Shown piece after piece: positions 50,485-60,298 of a stretch of 64,000 nt of DNA. The position numbers and the translations under genes were made by a program. Source of the stretch: a virus (taxonomy: Duplodnaviria; Caudoviricetes); the IMG/VR virus record IMGVR_UViG_3300029288_000060, positions 96,001 through 160,000 of that record; one strand, given 5' to 3'. Below the pieces are notes generated by a model. The model was not told where the DNA came from and made no database searches. It saw nothing but the letters and a program-made list of their open reading frames with translations. Position 1 is the stretch's first letter, and every line of letters begins with the position of its first letter.

Positions 50485-50940
50485 TTATACTCCTATAATA
50501 TCTCTCGCCATTTTTTCTAATGAAGGATCTAACCAATCTCTTTTCACTGGTAAATCATTAATAATTTCAGTAAGCACATATTCTAAATCCTCTGCCCTTT
50601 TCTTAATATAACTATCTTTTCTAATAATTTTATAATACTCCTTTTGAGTTAGATCATATTTTAAGCAAAAACATTTTAAACATTTATAATATCTTCCTAT
50701 ACTATCTATACATGGTCCATACCAATCATCATGCTTACACATTAATTGGTTAATAATTGTTTCTTTTGAACCTCCATATAAAACAAAAGATTTCTCTTCT
50801 TCTTCATCTTCAATTTTTCCTATTACTTTAATTGAAGATGATGAAATGTCTAATTCATCTAAAATAAATTGTCGACATGCTTCTTCTTGTTCTTTTTCAG
50901 TATCATATCCATCAAGAAACAAATCAATGATATATTTCAT
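50485..50940 (-). CDS. hypothetical protein
   Basis: 151 aa, AGGAG SD. Confidence 0.6.
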   Translation of the reverse strand: MKYIIDLFLDGYDTEKEQEEACRQFILDELDISSSSIKVIGKIEDEEEEKSFVLYGGSKETIINQLMCKHDDWYGPCIDSIGRYYKCLKCFCLKYDLTQKEYYKIIRKDSYIKKRAEDLEYVLTEIINDLPVKRDWLDPSLEKMARDIIGV

Positions 50941-50977
50941 ATTTACTCCTTAAATTAATTTTAATTTAAGAACTTAG

Positions 50978-53185
50978 TTAAAACAATCTCATTGCTTCAT
51001 CTGCTTCAATTGAATCAATATGTCTATGAGAAATGATATTTATTGATTTATCTTCCACTAAGCTTCTTAAAAGGTTTGAAACATAACCAATATTCTGATC
51101 GTCAAGAGTATCAAAAATTTCATCTAATAACAAAATATTAGTTTTCATATCTTGAACACTATTTTGTAAATCACATAAGGATAATAAAATAGCTATATCT
51201 ATTATTCTAGTTTGACCGCCAGATAATTGCTTTCTATTATTAGCTTTAGTTTGAGTATCCAAAACATTTACATTTATTTTATCTCGATATTCCCCTGCTT
51301 TGGTTGTGGATATTGTGTCAAAACTGGCCTTATATCTACCACCAACCATTTCAAGATAATTCTCTACTGCAGCATTTAGAAATGGAATAGATTCATCAAT
51401 TAATAAAGACGGAATTCCAGTGGACGAAAACCCCATTTTCCAAAAATTTAAAACTTCTAATTCAGTCTCTGTTATAATTTTATCATTACTTAATTTTTTC
51501 TTTTCTTCTTCTAACTTTTCTTTTTCAGAAATATATCCAGTTAAAATTGTAAGATTATATTCTTCTTTGTCCTTACTTATAATTAATTGTTTATTTAATT
51601 CTATATCAGATTGAATTCTATTTATATTTTCTTGCCATTCCTTTTTCTTTGCTAATGATTCTAATAAATTATTTTTGTAAGAAAGAAGCTTATTTAAATT
51701 AGAATTCAACCCTTGTTTTTTAGAACTAATGTCTTCTTCTATTTCTTTCTTTTTTTCCATAAAGAGGGTGTTTAATTTTTCTTTTGCTTCGCTATGTTTA
51801 TTTGTTATTTCATGTTCTTTTTGATTAAAAACGTTTTCTGTATCTGTTTTCTTTGTTTCAAAAGATAGTTTTACTTCTTGAAATAAATTTGTTAACTGAT
51901 TTATTTTTTTATTTAATTCATAAATTGAAGTACGAGAATTCTTATTTTCTTCTTCTAATTGAGAATTTATTTTAATAAAATTTTCTAATGTATCAGTTAG
52001 ATGCTTTTTAATATCATCGTCTGTTAGTTTTTTACCGCAAGTAGGACATGTAGCTTCTGTTTTATTTAATGAGGTTTTTAATTTTAGAATTTCATCTTCA
52101 TTCTTTTTTATTTCTTTTTGGTTTGCGTCAATGGAATTTGTAAGTTGGATTTTATTATTATTTAGTTCTGTTTTGTCTCTATCTAGATTACTAGAATATT
52201 CTTGAAACTTTTTGGTCTCTTCTGAAATTAAATTTGTTTTATTTAACTTCTCTGTTGATATTAATTCTAAGGATTTATTATTAAACTCAGATTCCTTTAA
52301 ACTTTTCATACTCATTAAAGCATTTATTTTACTATTTAATTCTAAATCTATTTTTTCAATTTCACTTTGAATTGATGAAATTTTATCATTTGTATCATTC
52401 AACTCTAAATCATTGATATTATCAAAAAGTTTTTGTTTGTTATTTAACTCAGATAATTCTGCTTTTAATTGATTGATTTTTTGAGTTAAGCTATTAATTT
52501 CTTCATTTTTTCGTAAATAAAAGTTTCTTTTATCTTCCTCTGAAATGCAAATATTGTTTATAACATTCTCTATAAACTTACTATTTAAAACAATATTCTT
52601 ATCAATTTCATCTAATTTTAAAGTAACCTGTTTAATTCTTTTATTTGTTTCATCTTGATACATAACATAATTATCAAGTTGTAAAACTTTTCTAAAAATT
52701 TCTTTTCTATCAGAATCAGGTAAATCAGTAAAGAAATCCTTAACTTTTTGACCAAATAATAAAGTATTAGTAAATAATTTTTGAGGTATTAATATCTTTT
52801 CAATTTCAGGTAATACTTCTTTTTGACCTTTTTTATAAGGTGCGGTCATATCATTTTTAAAAAGAAGAACTGTATCCCCAAATTTTGAGTGTTTTACATA
52901 TCTATCAACTCTATAATTATCAAGAATCCCATTTAATTCAGATGTAAATTCAAGATATGTATGACAATTCTTTCCTACTGTATTATTAATCAAATCTGAT
53001 GAACGTGCGCCTTTGTCCGTTTCACCAAATAAACTAAATTGAACGCTAGCAAACATACTTGATTTTCCTGCTCCATTGGGACCTGTAATCAAAATAACTT
53101 TATTATTTTTAAATTCATATTCCATCAACTCTTTATAACAACAGAAATTTTCCATTCCTGTTTTTATAAAATTAATATTCTTCAT
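50978..53185 (-). CDS. sbcC: SbcC/Rad50-like ATPase (T4 gp46-like)
   Basis: GPNGAGKS, coiled coil, CPTCG zinc hook, LSGGQ, LLLDE. Confidence 0.95.
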   Translation of the reverse strand: MKNINFIKTGMENFCCYKELMEYEFKNNKVILITGPNGAGKSSMFASVQFSLFGETDKGARSSDLINNTVGKNCHTYLEFTSELNGILDNYRVDRYVKHSKFGDTVLLFKNDMTAPYKKGQKEVLPEIEKILIPQKLFTNTLLFGQKVKDFFTDLPDSDRKEIFRKVLQLDNYVMYQDETNKRIKQVTLKLDEIDKNIVLNSKFIENVINNICISEEDKRNFYLRKNEEINSLTQKINQLKAELSELNNKQKLFDNINDLELNDTNDKISSIQSEIEKIDLELNSKINALMSMKSLKESEFNNKSLELISTEKLNKTNLISEETKKFQEYSSNLDRDKTELNNNKIQLTNSIDANQKEIKKNEDEILKLKTSLNKTEATCPTCGKKLTDDDIKKHLTDTLENFIKINSQLEEENKNSRTSIYELNKKINQLTNLFQEVKLSFETKKTDTENVFNQKEHEITNKHSEAKEKLNTLFMEKKKEIEEDISSKKQGLNSNLNKLLSYKNNLLESLAKKKEWQENINRIQSDIELNKQLIISKDKEEYNLTILTGYISEKEKLEEEKKKLSNDKIITETELEVLNFWKMGFSSTGIPSLLIDESIPFLNAAVENYLEMVGGRYKASFDTISTTKAGEYRDKINVNVLDTQTKANNRKQLSGGQTRIIDIAILLSLCDLQNSVQDMKTNILLLDEIFDTLDDQNIGYVSNLLRSLVEDKSINIISHRHIDSIEADEAMRLF

Positions 53186-53212
53186 ATAATTAAACCTTTC
53201 CTTTTAAAATAG

Positions 53213-53755
53213 TTAATCCCATAAATTCATATAATATTTTGCAAAAAGATTAAGACCATTTTGAAGTCTGTCGTAGTATTGATCTCTCTCTTCTTTATTA
53301 AGGTTATAGCTATCATCATATAAATCATCATGAATTTGCTGAAATGACCAAATCATTTCACCTAAAACCCAATCCCATCTTTTGAAAAAATTATCATCAT
53401 CTTCCCATTTTTCCACAGGTGCTGCTTCAGTCGATCTCAATCCAATTCCTTCTGGTACATCTTCGTCGGAAACGGGAGGAGCTCCGTGTTTTTCTTCATT
53501 GAACTTTTTTAACATTGGATAAATAATTTTTGATAATGTAAAATCCATTGACCATGTATCATAATTGTCTATTCTAATTTTTGTTTTAATTTTTTTCTTA
53601 TCTTGAATCCACTGACAAAAGTCTTTTACCCATGTATTCGATAACCATTTACCAATTTTATTACAGGTTTCTTGTGAAACACCTACTTTCTGTAACAACT
53701 CCGCAATTTGATATGGACCAATCCAATCCTTATAAGGACCAATATAAACTTTCAT
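53213..53755 (-). CDS. phage hypothetical protein
   Basis: WIGPYQIA..IDNYDTWSMD..LWD. Confidence 0.65.
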   Translation of the reverse strand: MKVYIGPYKDWIGPYQIAELLQKVGVSQETCNKIGKWLSNTWVKDFCQWIQDKKKIKTKIRIDNYDTWSMDFTLSKIIYPMLKKFNEEKHGAPPVSDEDVPEGIGLRSTEAAPVEKWEDDDNFFKRWDWVLGEMIWSFQQIHDDLYDDSYNLNKEERDQYYDRLQNGLNLFAKYYMNLWD

Positions 53756-53763
53756 AATTTCTC

Positions 53764-54765
53764 CTATAATTCACAGTTATTCATAATATCTAAAGCTATA
53801 TTCTTATATAATTCTCTTTTATCAATTGATATTTCTTTTATTTCTAAAAATCTATCTATTTTATCAGAAGAACTCATTCCAGATGTAATTCCTCTATTAG
53901 TAATATCTTTTTCTCTTTTATCAATTACATCAAAAGATTTTTCAATATCACTCATATCTAAATCATCTGTTTTATTTAACTTGATATAATGTCCTTCCGT
54001 TTTAATTTTTAATATTTTTTTCATTACATCATCTTTATTTTCTTTTGTAACATCAAATTCAAAATATTTTTTATAACCAGTACTTGGTACTGAAAAATCT
54101 GCACCTGATTCAAAATCAATTACTTTAAAAAACTTTTCTTGATTTTTATCATTCCAATCCAGTTGAATTAAAGAACCTACATATTCACAATTACCAACAA
54201 TTTGTGGAGTATGATAATGTCCTAAATATACTTTCTTATACTTTTTTAAATCTTTTAGTCCAATATCCGAAACTAAAGAAATCCCACTACTTAAAGTAGC
54301 TTCATTTAAACCTAAATGAGCAATTGCATAATCCGCATCTCCATTTTTTAAGTCGTTAATCATTGTTGTAGGATTCCACGGAACAAATAACACATTTTCA
54401 ATTTTAATTGTTTCATGTATTGTGGTTACATTTATTTCATTGTCTAAACATTTAATCGCGGAAACTCCATTGCCAGTCATTGAACTTAGATCATGATTCC
54501 CTGACATAATTATCCAATGAATATCTTTATTGTTTCTTATAATATCTAACAAAATAGACTGAGCTACTGAATAAATAATTGACTTATTATGGAATATGTC
54601 TCCTATGATAATTATTTTATTAATTTTATTATCTCTGGCATAATTGATCATATTTAGAATTGCTAAGTATATCCCACTCAATCTCTCGGGAAGACCAGTA
54701 TTTGAATCAATTTTATCATTATTATAAGCACTTAAATGTAAATCTGCACATGCTATAGCTTTCAT
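53764..54765 (-). CDS. sbcD: SbcD/Mre11-like nuclease (T4 gp47-like)
   Basis: ADLH, GDIFH, GNHD, GHYH metallophosphoesterase motifs. Confidence 0.9.
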   Translation of the reverse strand: MKAIACADLHLSAYNNDKIDSNTGLPERLSGIYLAILNMINYARDNKINKIIIIGDIFHNKSIIYSVAQSILLDIIRNNKDIHWIIMSGNHDLSSMTGNGVSAIKCLDNEINVTTIHETIKIENVLFVPWNPTTMINDLKNGDADYAIAHLGLNEATLSSGISLVSDIGLKDLKKYKKVYLGHYHTPQIVGNCEYVGSLIQLDWNDKNQEKFFKVIDFESGADFSVPSTGYKKYFEFDVTKENKDDVMKKILKIKTEGHYIKLNKTDDLDMSDIEKSFDVIDKREKDITNRGITSGMSSSDKIDRFLEIKEISIDKRELYKNIALDIMNNCEL

Positions 54766-54773
54766 ATCAACTC

Positions 54774-55892
54774 CTATTTTATTTGTGTTAATTCTGGAAA
54801 TGGTGATTTACTAATAAAAATATTTTTTACATTATGAATATTATTTTTAAGTATATGTATAAAATCTTCTTCTGAATATTCACAAAATAATTCTCCTTCA
54901 TACATAAAAGAAAAATCTTGAAGTAAATCTAAGCAAGTAACAACTAAATTAATAGGAGATTTTTTTATATAATCGTCTTTACTTATTGCGTAATTTATTA
55001 AATCTAAATCTAATATCCCCTTTCTAAAATAACCCTGAAATTCGTTATAATCATTTTTTTCATAAGCATTATCTTCAATTTTTGATTCAATATATTCAGT
55101 TGTCATTGGACCATTTCCATGTCTAGTTTGGTATGCTCTCGTAACTAACCATACTTCTGGTTTAAATCCCATTTCTAATATATTTTTACTTCCTGTATTT
55201 GATCTTGTGACATGAGGGAAAAAACCAAAATTTTGATCTAGCATTAAACCTTGAGATCCTTCAAAAATTAAAGTTGATGGTTGAAGAATTTCAATAGTTT
55301 TATATATATCATCACAACAAATTATATTTTTAGATTGTCTTATTTTTTCACATGATGATAAAAACTTATCTGTATGGTTTTCAGCTAAATGCATAGAGTA
55401 ATATTGTGCTAATAGATTCAGTTTTATTTTTAATATAGAGGGATAATGAATATCTTCAAATAATATTGAATGGTGATCTTCTTCTCTTTGAAACGTTTGT
55501 CCTACTCCAACCCCGCAGCTTCCATGTTTACGACCTAATTTATTTACTTCTATATTATATGCTTTTTCATAGGTGGTTGTCAATGGACATTTTTTATCTA
55601 CATAGAGTATTGGATTTACTTTTGTTTTTAAAATATCTAATTCATTAAGTACTCCAACAGGATCAAAAGTACAATATTTAGTCCAATAAGTAGGAATAGA
55701 TTGCAAACCCCCACTTCCAAAATTTGAAAAAACATGTTCTGAACCATTTTCTAACATAACATGGTGTCCAGCTTGTTGACCGCCTGAAAATCTAACTACT
55801 AATGATTTTTTATTTAATGAACAAAGATAACTTACAACTTTTCCCTTTCCTTCATCACCAAACCCGCTTCCAAATACTGCGACGTATTGCAT
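54774..55892 (-). CDS. adenylosuccinate synthetase-like ligase (divergent PurA family)
   Basis: GFGDEGKGK, RFSGGQQAGH, HGSCGVGVG, FEGSQGLMLD, PHVTRS, TCLD. Confidence 0.85.
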   Translation of the reverse strand: MQYVAVFGSGFGDEGKGKVVSYLCSLNKKSLVVRFSGGQQAGHHVMLENGSEHVFSNFGSGGLQSIPTYWTKYCTFDPVGVLNELDILKTKVNPILYVDKKCPLTTTYEKAYNIEVNKLGRKHGSCGVGVGQTFQREEDHHSILFEDIHYPSILKIKLNLLAQYYSMHLAENHTDKFLSSCEKIRQSKNIICCDDIYKTIEILQPSTLIFEGSQGLMLDQNFGFFPHVTRSNTGSKNILEMGFKPEVWLVTRAYQTRHGNGPMTTEYIESKIEDNAYEKNDYNEFQGYFRKGILDLDLINYAISKDDYIKKSPINLVVTCLDLLQDFSFMYEGELFCEYSEEDFIHILKNNIHNVKNIFISKSPFPELTQIK

Positions 55893-55910
55893 AATATAAC
55901 TCCTTAATTG

Positions 55911-55945
55911 AAATCATAGGGAGATTTTAGATCTCCCTATGATTT
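55911..55945 (-). terminator. 15-bp hairpin
   Basis: aaatcatagggagat / atctccctatgattt. Confidence 0.6.
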
Positions 55946-55951
55946 ATAAGA

Positions 55952-56821
55952 TTACAGTATCATATCATCATTATTTTCTTTTATATCATTTTTAATTTTA
56001 TTAACCTCAACAATATTATTACTTATTGATTTGTTTACAACATTAATTATGCTTTGAACAACATCTTCTTTTTTCTCTATAATAATAAGATTATCTTTAC
56101 CTATTAACTGCATCCAACCATCCATCACTGATTGTCGTCTGCCATTAGTACCCTGCTTCATATGAATATGATATACTTCATATTTTTCTCTTGCTTTATC
56201 TAGCAAAAACACATCTTCATATGTTTCACATTGACCAGGTCCCATTATATTTTCTAAAGATCTTTTTGGAAGACATTTCAGCGTAGGCTCATCGCCTATA
56301 GTAATAAGAATTCCTTTTTGTCCTCTTTTTTCAAAACAATCTATCGATGTATGTTTCCATGCAAAATACCAGGCTAGTAAATAACTTTCACCAGCATTTC
56401 CTCCACCGCCACTTTCAATCCATAAACTAGTCAACCAATGATCCAGTAATTTATCGCTTGATTCAAATTGTCCTATTTGTAGAGGTGACCGATCACATTC
56501 ATGATCACCAATACCAGTAAATAATACTTGTGTATCATTAATACCAGAATCCATAATTCCCTTCATAATTTCTGGTAAACCTTCTTTTACCAAATAATGT
56601 GGAATTGAACCCATTGATCCAGTGACGTCTAAGGCTAAAAACAAAGCCAAACTCAATGGATGTTCTTCAGAATCTCTGGATTCACGAATTTCTACACCAT
56701 TTGGATCCATTGCATTATTCACTGAACGCTGCTTAAATATTTCAGTTGGTGATTTAGTTGTGTATCCCATATCATGGGACCGCAAAGCTCTATCATAATA
56801 TGAATACGCGCCACTACCCAT
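55952..56821 (-). CDS. vWA-domain protein
   Basis: MIDAS-like DVTGSMG, GGGNAGESY, IGDE. Confidence 0.8.
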   Translation of the reverse strand: MGSGAYSYYDRALRSHDMGYTTKSPTEIFKQRSVNNAMDPNGVEIRESRDSEEHPLSLALFLALDVTGSMGSIPHYLVKEGLPEIMKGIMDSGINDTQVLFTGIGDHECDRSPLQIGQFESSDKLLDHWLTSLWIESGGGGNAGESYLLAWYFAWKHTSIDCFEKRGQKGILITIGDEPTLKCLPKRSLENIMGPGQCETYEDVFLLDKAREKYEVYHIHMKQGTNGRRQSVMDGWMQLIGKDNLIIIEKKEDVVQSIINVVNKSISNNIVEVNKIKNDIKENNDDMIL

Positions 56822-57177
56822 TATTCACCTCCAAATAAATAAGCATATCTTCTTTTTGCAATTTCAAGTTTGATTTCTTCATTTCTAATTTTAACACCAA
56901 GATCAAGATCTTTAATTACATAAGCATCTGCATCAAAATCTTTTGCAGGTTTGAGATTTAAAGCATTATCTGGACTAAGATCTAACATATTTTCTTGTTC
57001 TCGTCTCCATCGTTTAATTCCAATTTCAAGATTTTCAATTTCTCGTTTATAAAGTAGCTCAACATCCTCTGTTATTGCTACTGCGCGATCTCCCCTTATC
57101 TGCTTATTATTTCTGGTAAGACTTTGTACAAATGCACCTTTTAATTCTTGAGTTTCATTTTGTTCATTTGTTTCCAT
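56821..57177 (-). CDS. coiled-coil hypothetical protein
   Basis: 118 aa, stop overlaps the vWA start. Confidence 0.65.
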   Translation of the reverse strand: METNEQNETQELKGAFVQSLTRNNKQIRGDRAVAITEDVELLYKREIENLEIGIKRWRREQENMLDLSPDNALNLKPAKDFDADAYVIKDLDLGVKIRNEEIKLEIAKRRYAYLFGGE

Positions 57178-57213
57178 GATATTCTCCTTTTTTAATAGAA
57201 TTACACAATTCTC

Positions 57214-57537
57214 TTACTTTTCATTTAAAATTTTTAAAATTTTTTGTGACATAGATTTATTTCCAATATTAATATAGGTTGGTTCATTATCTGGTCCATA
57301 AGTTTCTTCAATAACATAACCCATCTCTTCAATAATTTTATGCATTTTAAAAAACTCATCATATTCAATATACTCATCAAAGTTAATATAATAATTTTGA
57401 AGCGTTCTAATTAATTCATCTGTACCTATATCTACATGTATATCTTTTAACTTATCATATAATTTTGTTGGATCTGGTATACATACAATAAATGAACAAG
57501 AACTACTATTGGTTACAAAATCTTGCTTAATTTTCAT
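57214..57537 (-). CDS. FVTNSSS-motif family protein
   Basis: MKIKQDFVTNSSSCSFI. Confidence 0.8.
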   Translation of the reverse strand: MKIKQDFVTNSSSCSFIVCIPDPTKLYDKLKDIHVDIGTDELIRTLQNYYINFDEYIEYDEFFKMHKIIEEMGYVIEETYGPDNEPTYINIGNKSMSQKILKILNEK

Positions 57538-57743
57538 TGTTTACCTCCTTGAGTAATTAACTTTATTAAATCTTTTTCAGATATAGTTAATTCTAAAATG
57601 TTTGGTACAGTACAACACCCAGCACTATAACATGAAAGGTGATAATAATACCCAAACGAATGATATGTCGCTTTAATTATTTTTAATTTATGACCTAGAA
57701 AATAAACTAATTCTCCTTTTTTATAAATGTTTTTCATACTCAT
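57534..57743 (-). CDS. hypothetical protein
   Basis: 69 aa ORF. Confidence 0.5.
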   Translation of the reverse strand: MSMKNIYKKGELVYFLGHKLKIIKATYHSFGYYYHLSCYSAGCCTVPNILELTISEKDLIKLITQGGKQ

Positions 57744-58092
57744 TAATAAGTAATTCCATTTTGTTTTTCATTCGTTCACTGTTTATGTTTATTATCATGT
57801 CTGAATAATCAGCTCCATGGTCACTACGCACTATAGAATATTTATCTAATATATTGTATATTTCATCATAGAATTGTTTAAGTTCATTATAATCAGTAAA
57901 ATAAATATTATACTCCGCGTAATCTGCTTCCATACCATAGTCAACTACCCCACCACTTTTTATATAATTCAAATATTTTTCTAATTTTATATTTAAATCA
58001 TTATCTTCAGATTTTACTTGAATATCCATTGGTAATGCAATTATATAACAGGTAGAACTACTATTAGTTACAAAATCTTGTTTGATTTTCAT
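57721..58092 (-). CDS. FVTNSSS-motif family protein
   Basis: MKIKQDFVTNSSSTCYI. Confidence 0.8.
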   Translation of the reverse strand: MKIKQDFVTNSSSTCYIIALPMDIQVKSEDNDLNIKLEKYLNYIKSGGVVDYGMEADYAEYNIYFTDYNELKQFYDEIYNILDKYSIVRSDHGADYSDMIININSERMKNKMELLINEYEKHL

Positions 58093-58422
58093 TTAATCAC
58101 AACTCAATATTTCAGCATTATGTTTTTCTAAAAATGGTTTTAACGATCTTATTTCAGCTCCTCCATATGGTATAGAGAACTGAATAATACTTCCATTATT
58201 TATTATAATATCATTCATTCTAATAAATAATTCATCCTCTTCTTCTAATTCAAAATCATCTATGATAGATTGTAATTCTTCTTTATTTGAACAAATTTTT
58301 GTATATGTCAAACAATTTAAGAGATCAAATAAAGGGTTATTCTCCTTTTCTATTTGTGTTGAACAAGAGATTATATATGATGTACTAGAACTATTAGTTA
58401 CAAAATCCTGCTTAATTTTCAT
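58093..58422 (-). CDS. FVTNSSS-motif family protein
   Basis: MKIKQDFVTNSSSTSYI. Confidence 0.8.
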   Translation of the reverse strand: MKIKQDFVTNSSSTSYIISCSTQIEKENNPLFDLLNCLTYTKICSNKEELQSIIDDFELEEEDELFIRMNDIIINNGSIIQFSIPYGGAEIRSLKPFLEKHNAEILSCD

Positions 58423-58426
58423 TGAT

Positions 58427-59857
58427 TTACTCCTTTAAAATCTCAATGACTTTAGTTTCATCCAATAACATCTTTTTTCCATCATCTGATATAAATAAAT
58501 AATTAATCCCCCAATTTTTCTTTTTATAAAAATTTATTCTATTAAATAATGTTTGACGTATTTCTTTTACTCCAATATCCACTATATCAATTATTATTGG
58601 TTGTGATTTTCCCTCTTTAATTCTTAAGACTCTCCCGCACATTTGTTCAATATTAGATATTGGGCTTGTCATAATTAAACAATCTTTTTCGACGAGGTCT
58701 ACTCCATCTCGACATTTACCAGGAGTAGAAAATGTTAATTGTGGTTTTGTCTGATCTAATTTAGCACTGCCTACAAACATTCCTTTATCAATAGATTTAA
58801 AATCTTTATATAATAATTCTAATAATTTTATTCTCTCCGCCATAAATATAATTTGTTTATCTTCTTTACAAAACTTATTTATTAAAGCTTTACATATAGA
58901 TATAAACAACTTAGATTTTTTTAATATTGTAAGATATCTAGATTTTTGAAAAAATCCTCCATAGTATAAATAATAATAACTTTTTGGTAATATTCCAAAA
59001 TTAGTTAGTAAAACAGTTACTCTTGCATCCATTGTAGATGATTTACCTTCTGGTACATAAACTTTTCCAAGATGATATTCAATTATATCACCATTACCAT
59101 CCCATCGATATGGAGTTGCGCTAAGACCGAATACTATTTTTGCAGGGATGTGAATAGAACATTCTGCAAAAGTAGGTGCCCCTACAGTGGTATGTACCTC
59201 ATCAGCAATAAAAATTCCAATTTTTGCTTTATTTAATTCTATTAAAAATTCTTCTCTTTTACTTTTTAAAATAGAAGTAAATGTTTGATCTGTACAAATG
59301 ATAATAGATTTTGATAAAACCTCTTTAAAATTATTTGAGCTTAACCTTCCAATTTCATTTTTATCAATATCTGTATAACCTAAAAAACCTTGTTTTTTGT
59401 CTTGTTCACCAGGGCCTATCCATTGTTGAACAAGTGAATCCCTATGCACTAAAATAAAAGTTTTCTTTTTTAACTCAGCACAAACATATACACTAATAAC
59501 AGTTTTTCCAGAACCAGGATTAGCTTGAATAATTCCATTATTATGTGTAAGCATATAATCTACAATAGTTTTTTGTAAATCATCTCTTAATTGAATATTA
59601 TGGTTTATGTTAATATCTAGACCATCAGGGATATTTTCATTAATTTTAAAGTCCTTAATATATTCTTCTATTGGAAAAAATCTTGGAATCTTTAATACAT
59701 TAGGACCTTCAAGAAAATAATGATTTGTGATAAATGTTGACCTTTGGTATTCTTTGCTATGTCTTGTTAATTTTCTTTTAATATCATCATACCATTGGTT
59801 TTCTTCAAATTTTTTTCTTGAAATAACTATTCCTGATGTTTTATCTAATATTATCAT
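58427..59857 (-). CDS. SF2 DNA helicase (UvsW-like)
   Basis: PGSGKT, DEVH, GLSATP, QMCGRVLR. Confidence 0.9.
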   Translation of the reverse strand: MIILDKTSGIVISRKKFEENQWYDDIKRKLTRHSKEYQRSTFITNHYFLEGPNVLKIPRFFPIEEYIKDFKINENIPDGLDININHNIQLRDDLQKTIVDYMLTHNNGIIQANPGSGKTVISVYVCAELKKKTFILVHRDSLVQQWIGPGEQDKKQGFLGYTDIDKNEIGRLSSNNFKEVLSKSIIICTDQTFTSILKSKREEFLIELNKAKIGIFIADEVHTTVGAPTFAECSIHIPAKIVFGLSATPYRWDGNGDIIEYHLGKVYVPEGKSSTMDARVTVLLTNFGILPKSYYYLYYGGFFQKSRYLTILKKSKLFISICKALINKFCKEDKQIIFMAERIKLLELLYKDFKSIDKGMFVGSAKLDQTKPQLTFSTPGKCRDGVDLVEKDCLIMTSPISNIEQMCGRVLRIKEGKSQPIIIDIVDIGVKEIRQTLFNRINFYKKKNWGINYLFISDDGKKMLLDETKVIEILKE

Positions 59858-59887
59858 ACTAATATTCCTTTATAATTCTAAATTATT

Positions 59888-60298
59888 TTATTCCTTATAT
59901 TCAGCTTTTGAATCTGGAGCTTCCCATATAATAATAGAATGAATTTCAACATTTTCTGGCAATATGTTTTCTGTTTTAAATTTATTATACAACCACTTAC
60001 AAAGATTTTCAGCTGTTGGATCTCCTTTAAAATAATTAATAAAACATAAATCCGGATTTATACTTTTATCATTTTCATTTATACACATGCCATGATCCCA
60101 ACTTGAAAGCATATTATTTACTAATACTTTTAGTTCAGAAAAATCCATAACCATATCAAATTTATTTAAAATATTTGACTTTATTGTAACCTCTACTTGA
60201 AACAGATGACCATGAAACTTAGAACATTTACTCAATCCTTCAAGTTTACTTAATCTGTGGCCCATTGGAAATGAAAATATCTTAGTCACGTAATACAT
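59888..60298 (-). CDS. queD: 6-carboxytetrahydropterin synthase
   Basis: GHRL, C..FHGH, MVMDFSELK, WDH, PTAEN, WE; ATG 60298 follows GGAGGAG (track start 60331). Confidence 0.9.
   Translation of the reverse strand: MYYVTKIFSFPMGHRLSKLEGLSKCSKFHGHLFQVEVTIKSNILNKFDMVMDFSELKVLVNNMLSSWDHGMCINENDKSINPDLCFINYFKGDPTAENLCKWLYNKFKTENILPENVEIHSIIIWEAPDSKAEYKE

Noticed and set aside
54774-55892. PurZ (2-aminoadenine DNA pathway)
   Set aside because: It keeps the PurA-type Asp in GDEGKG rather than the Ser of PurZ, and no DatZ is recognisable in the window.
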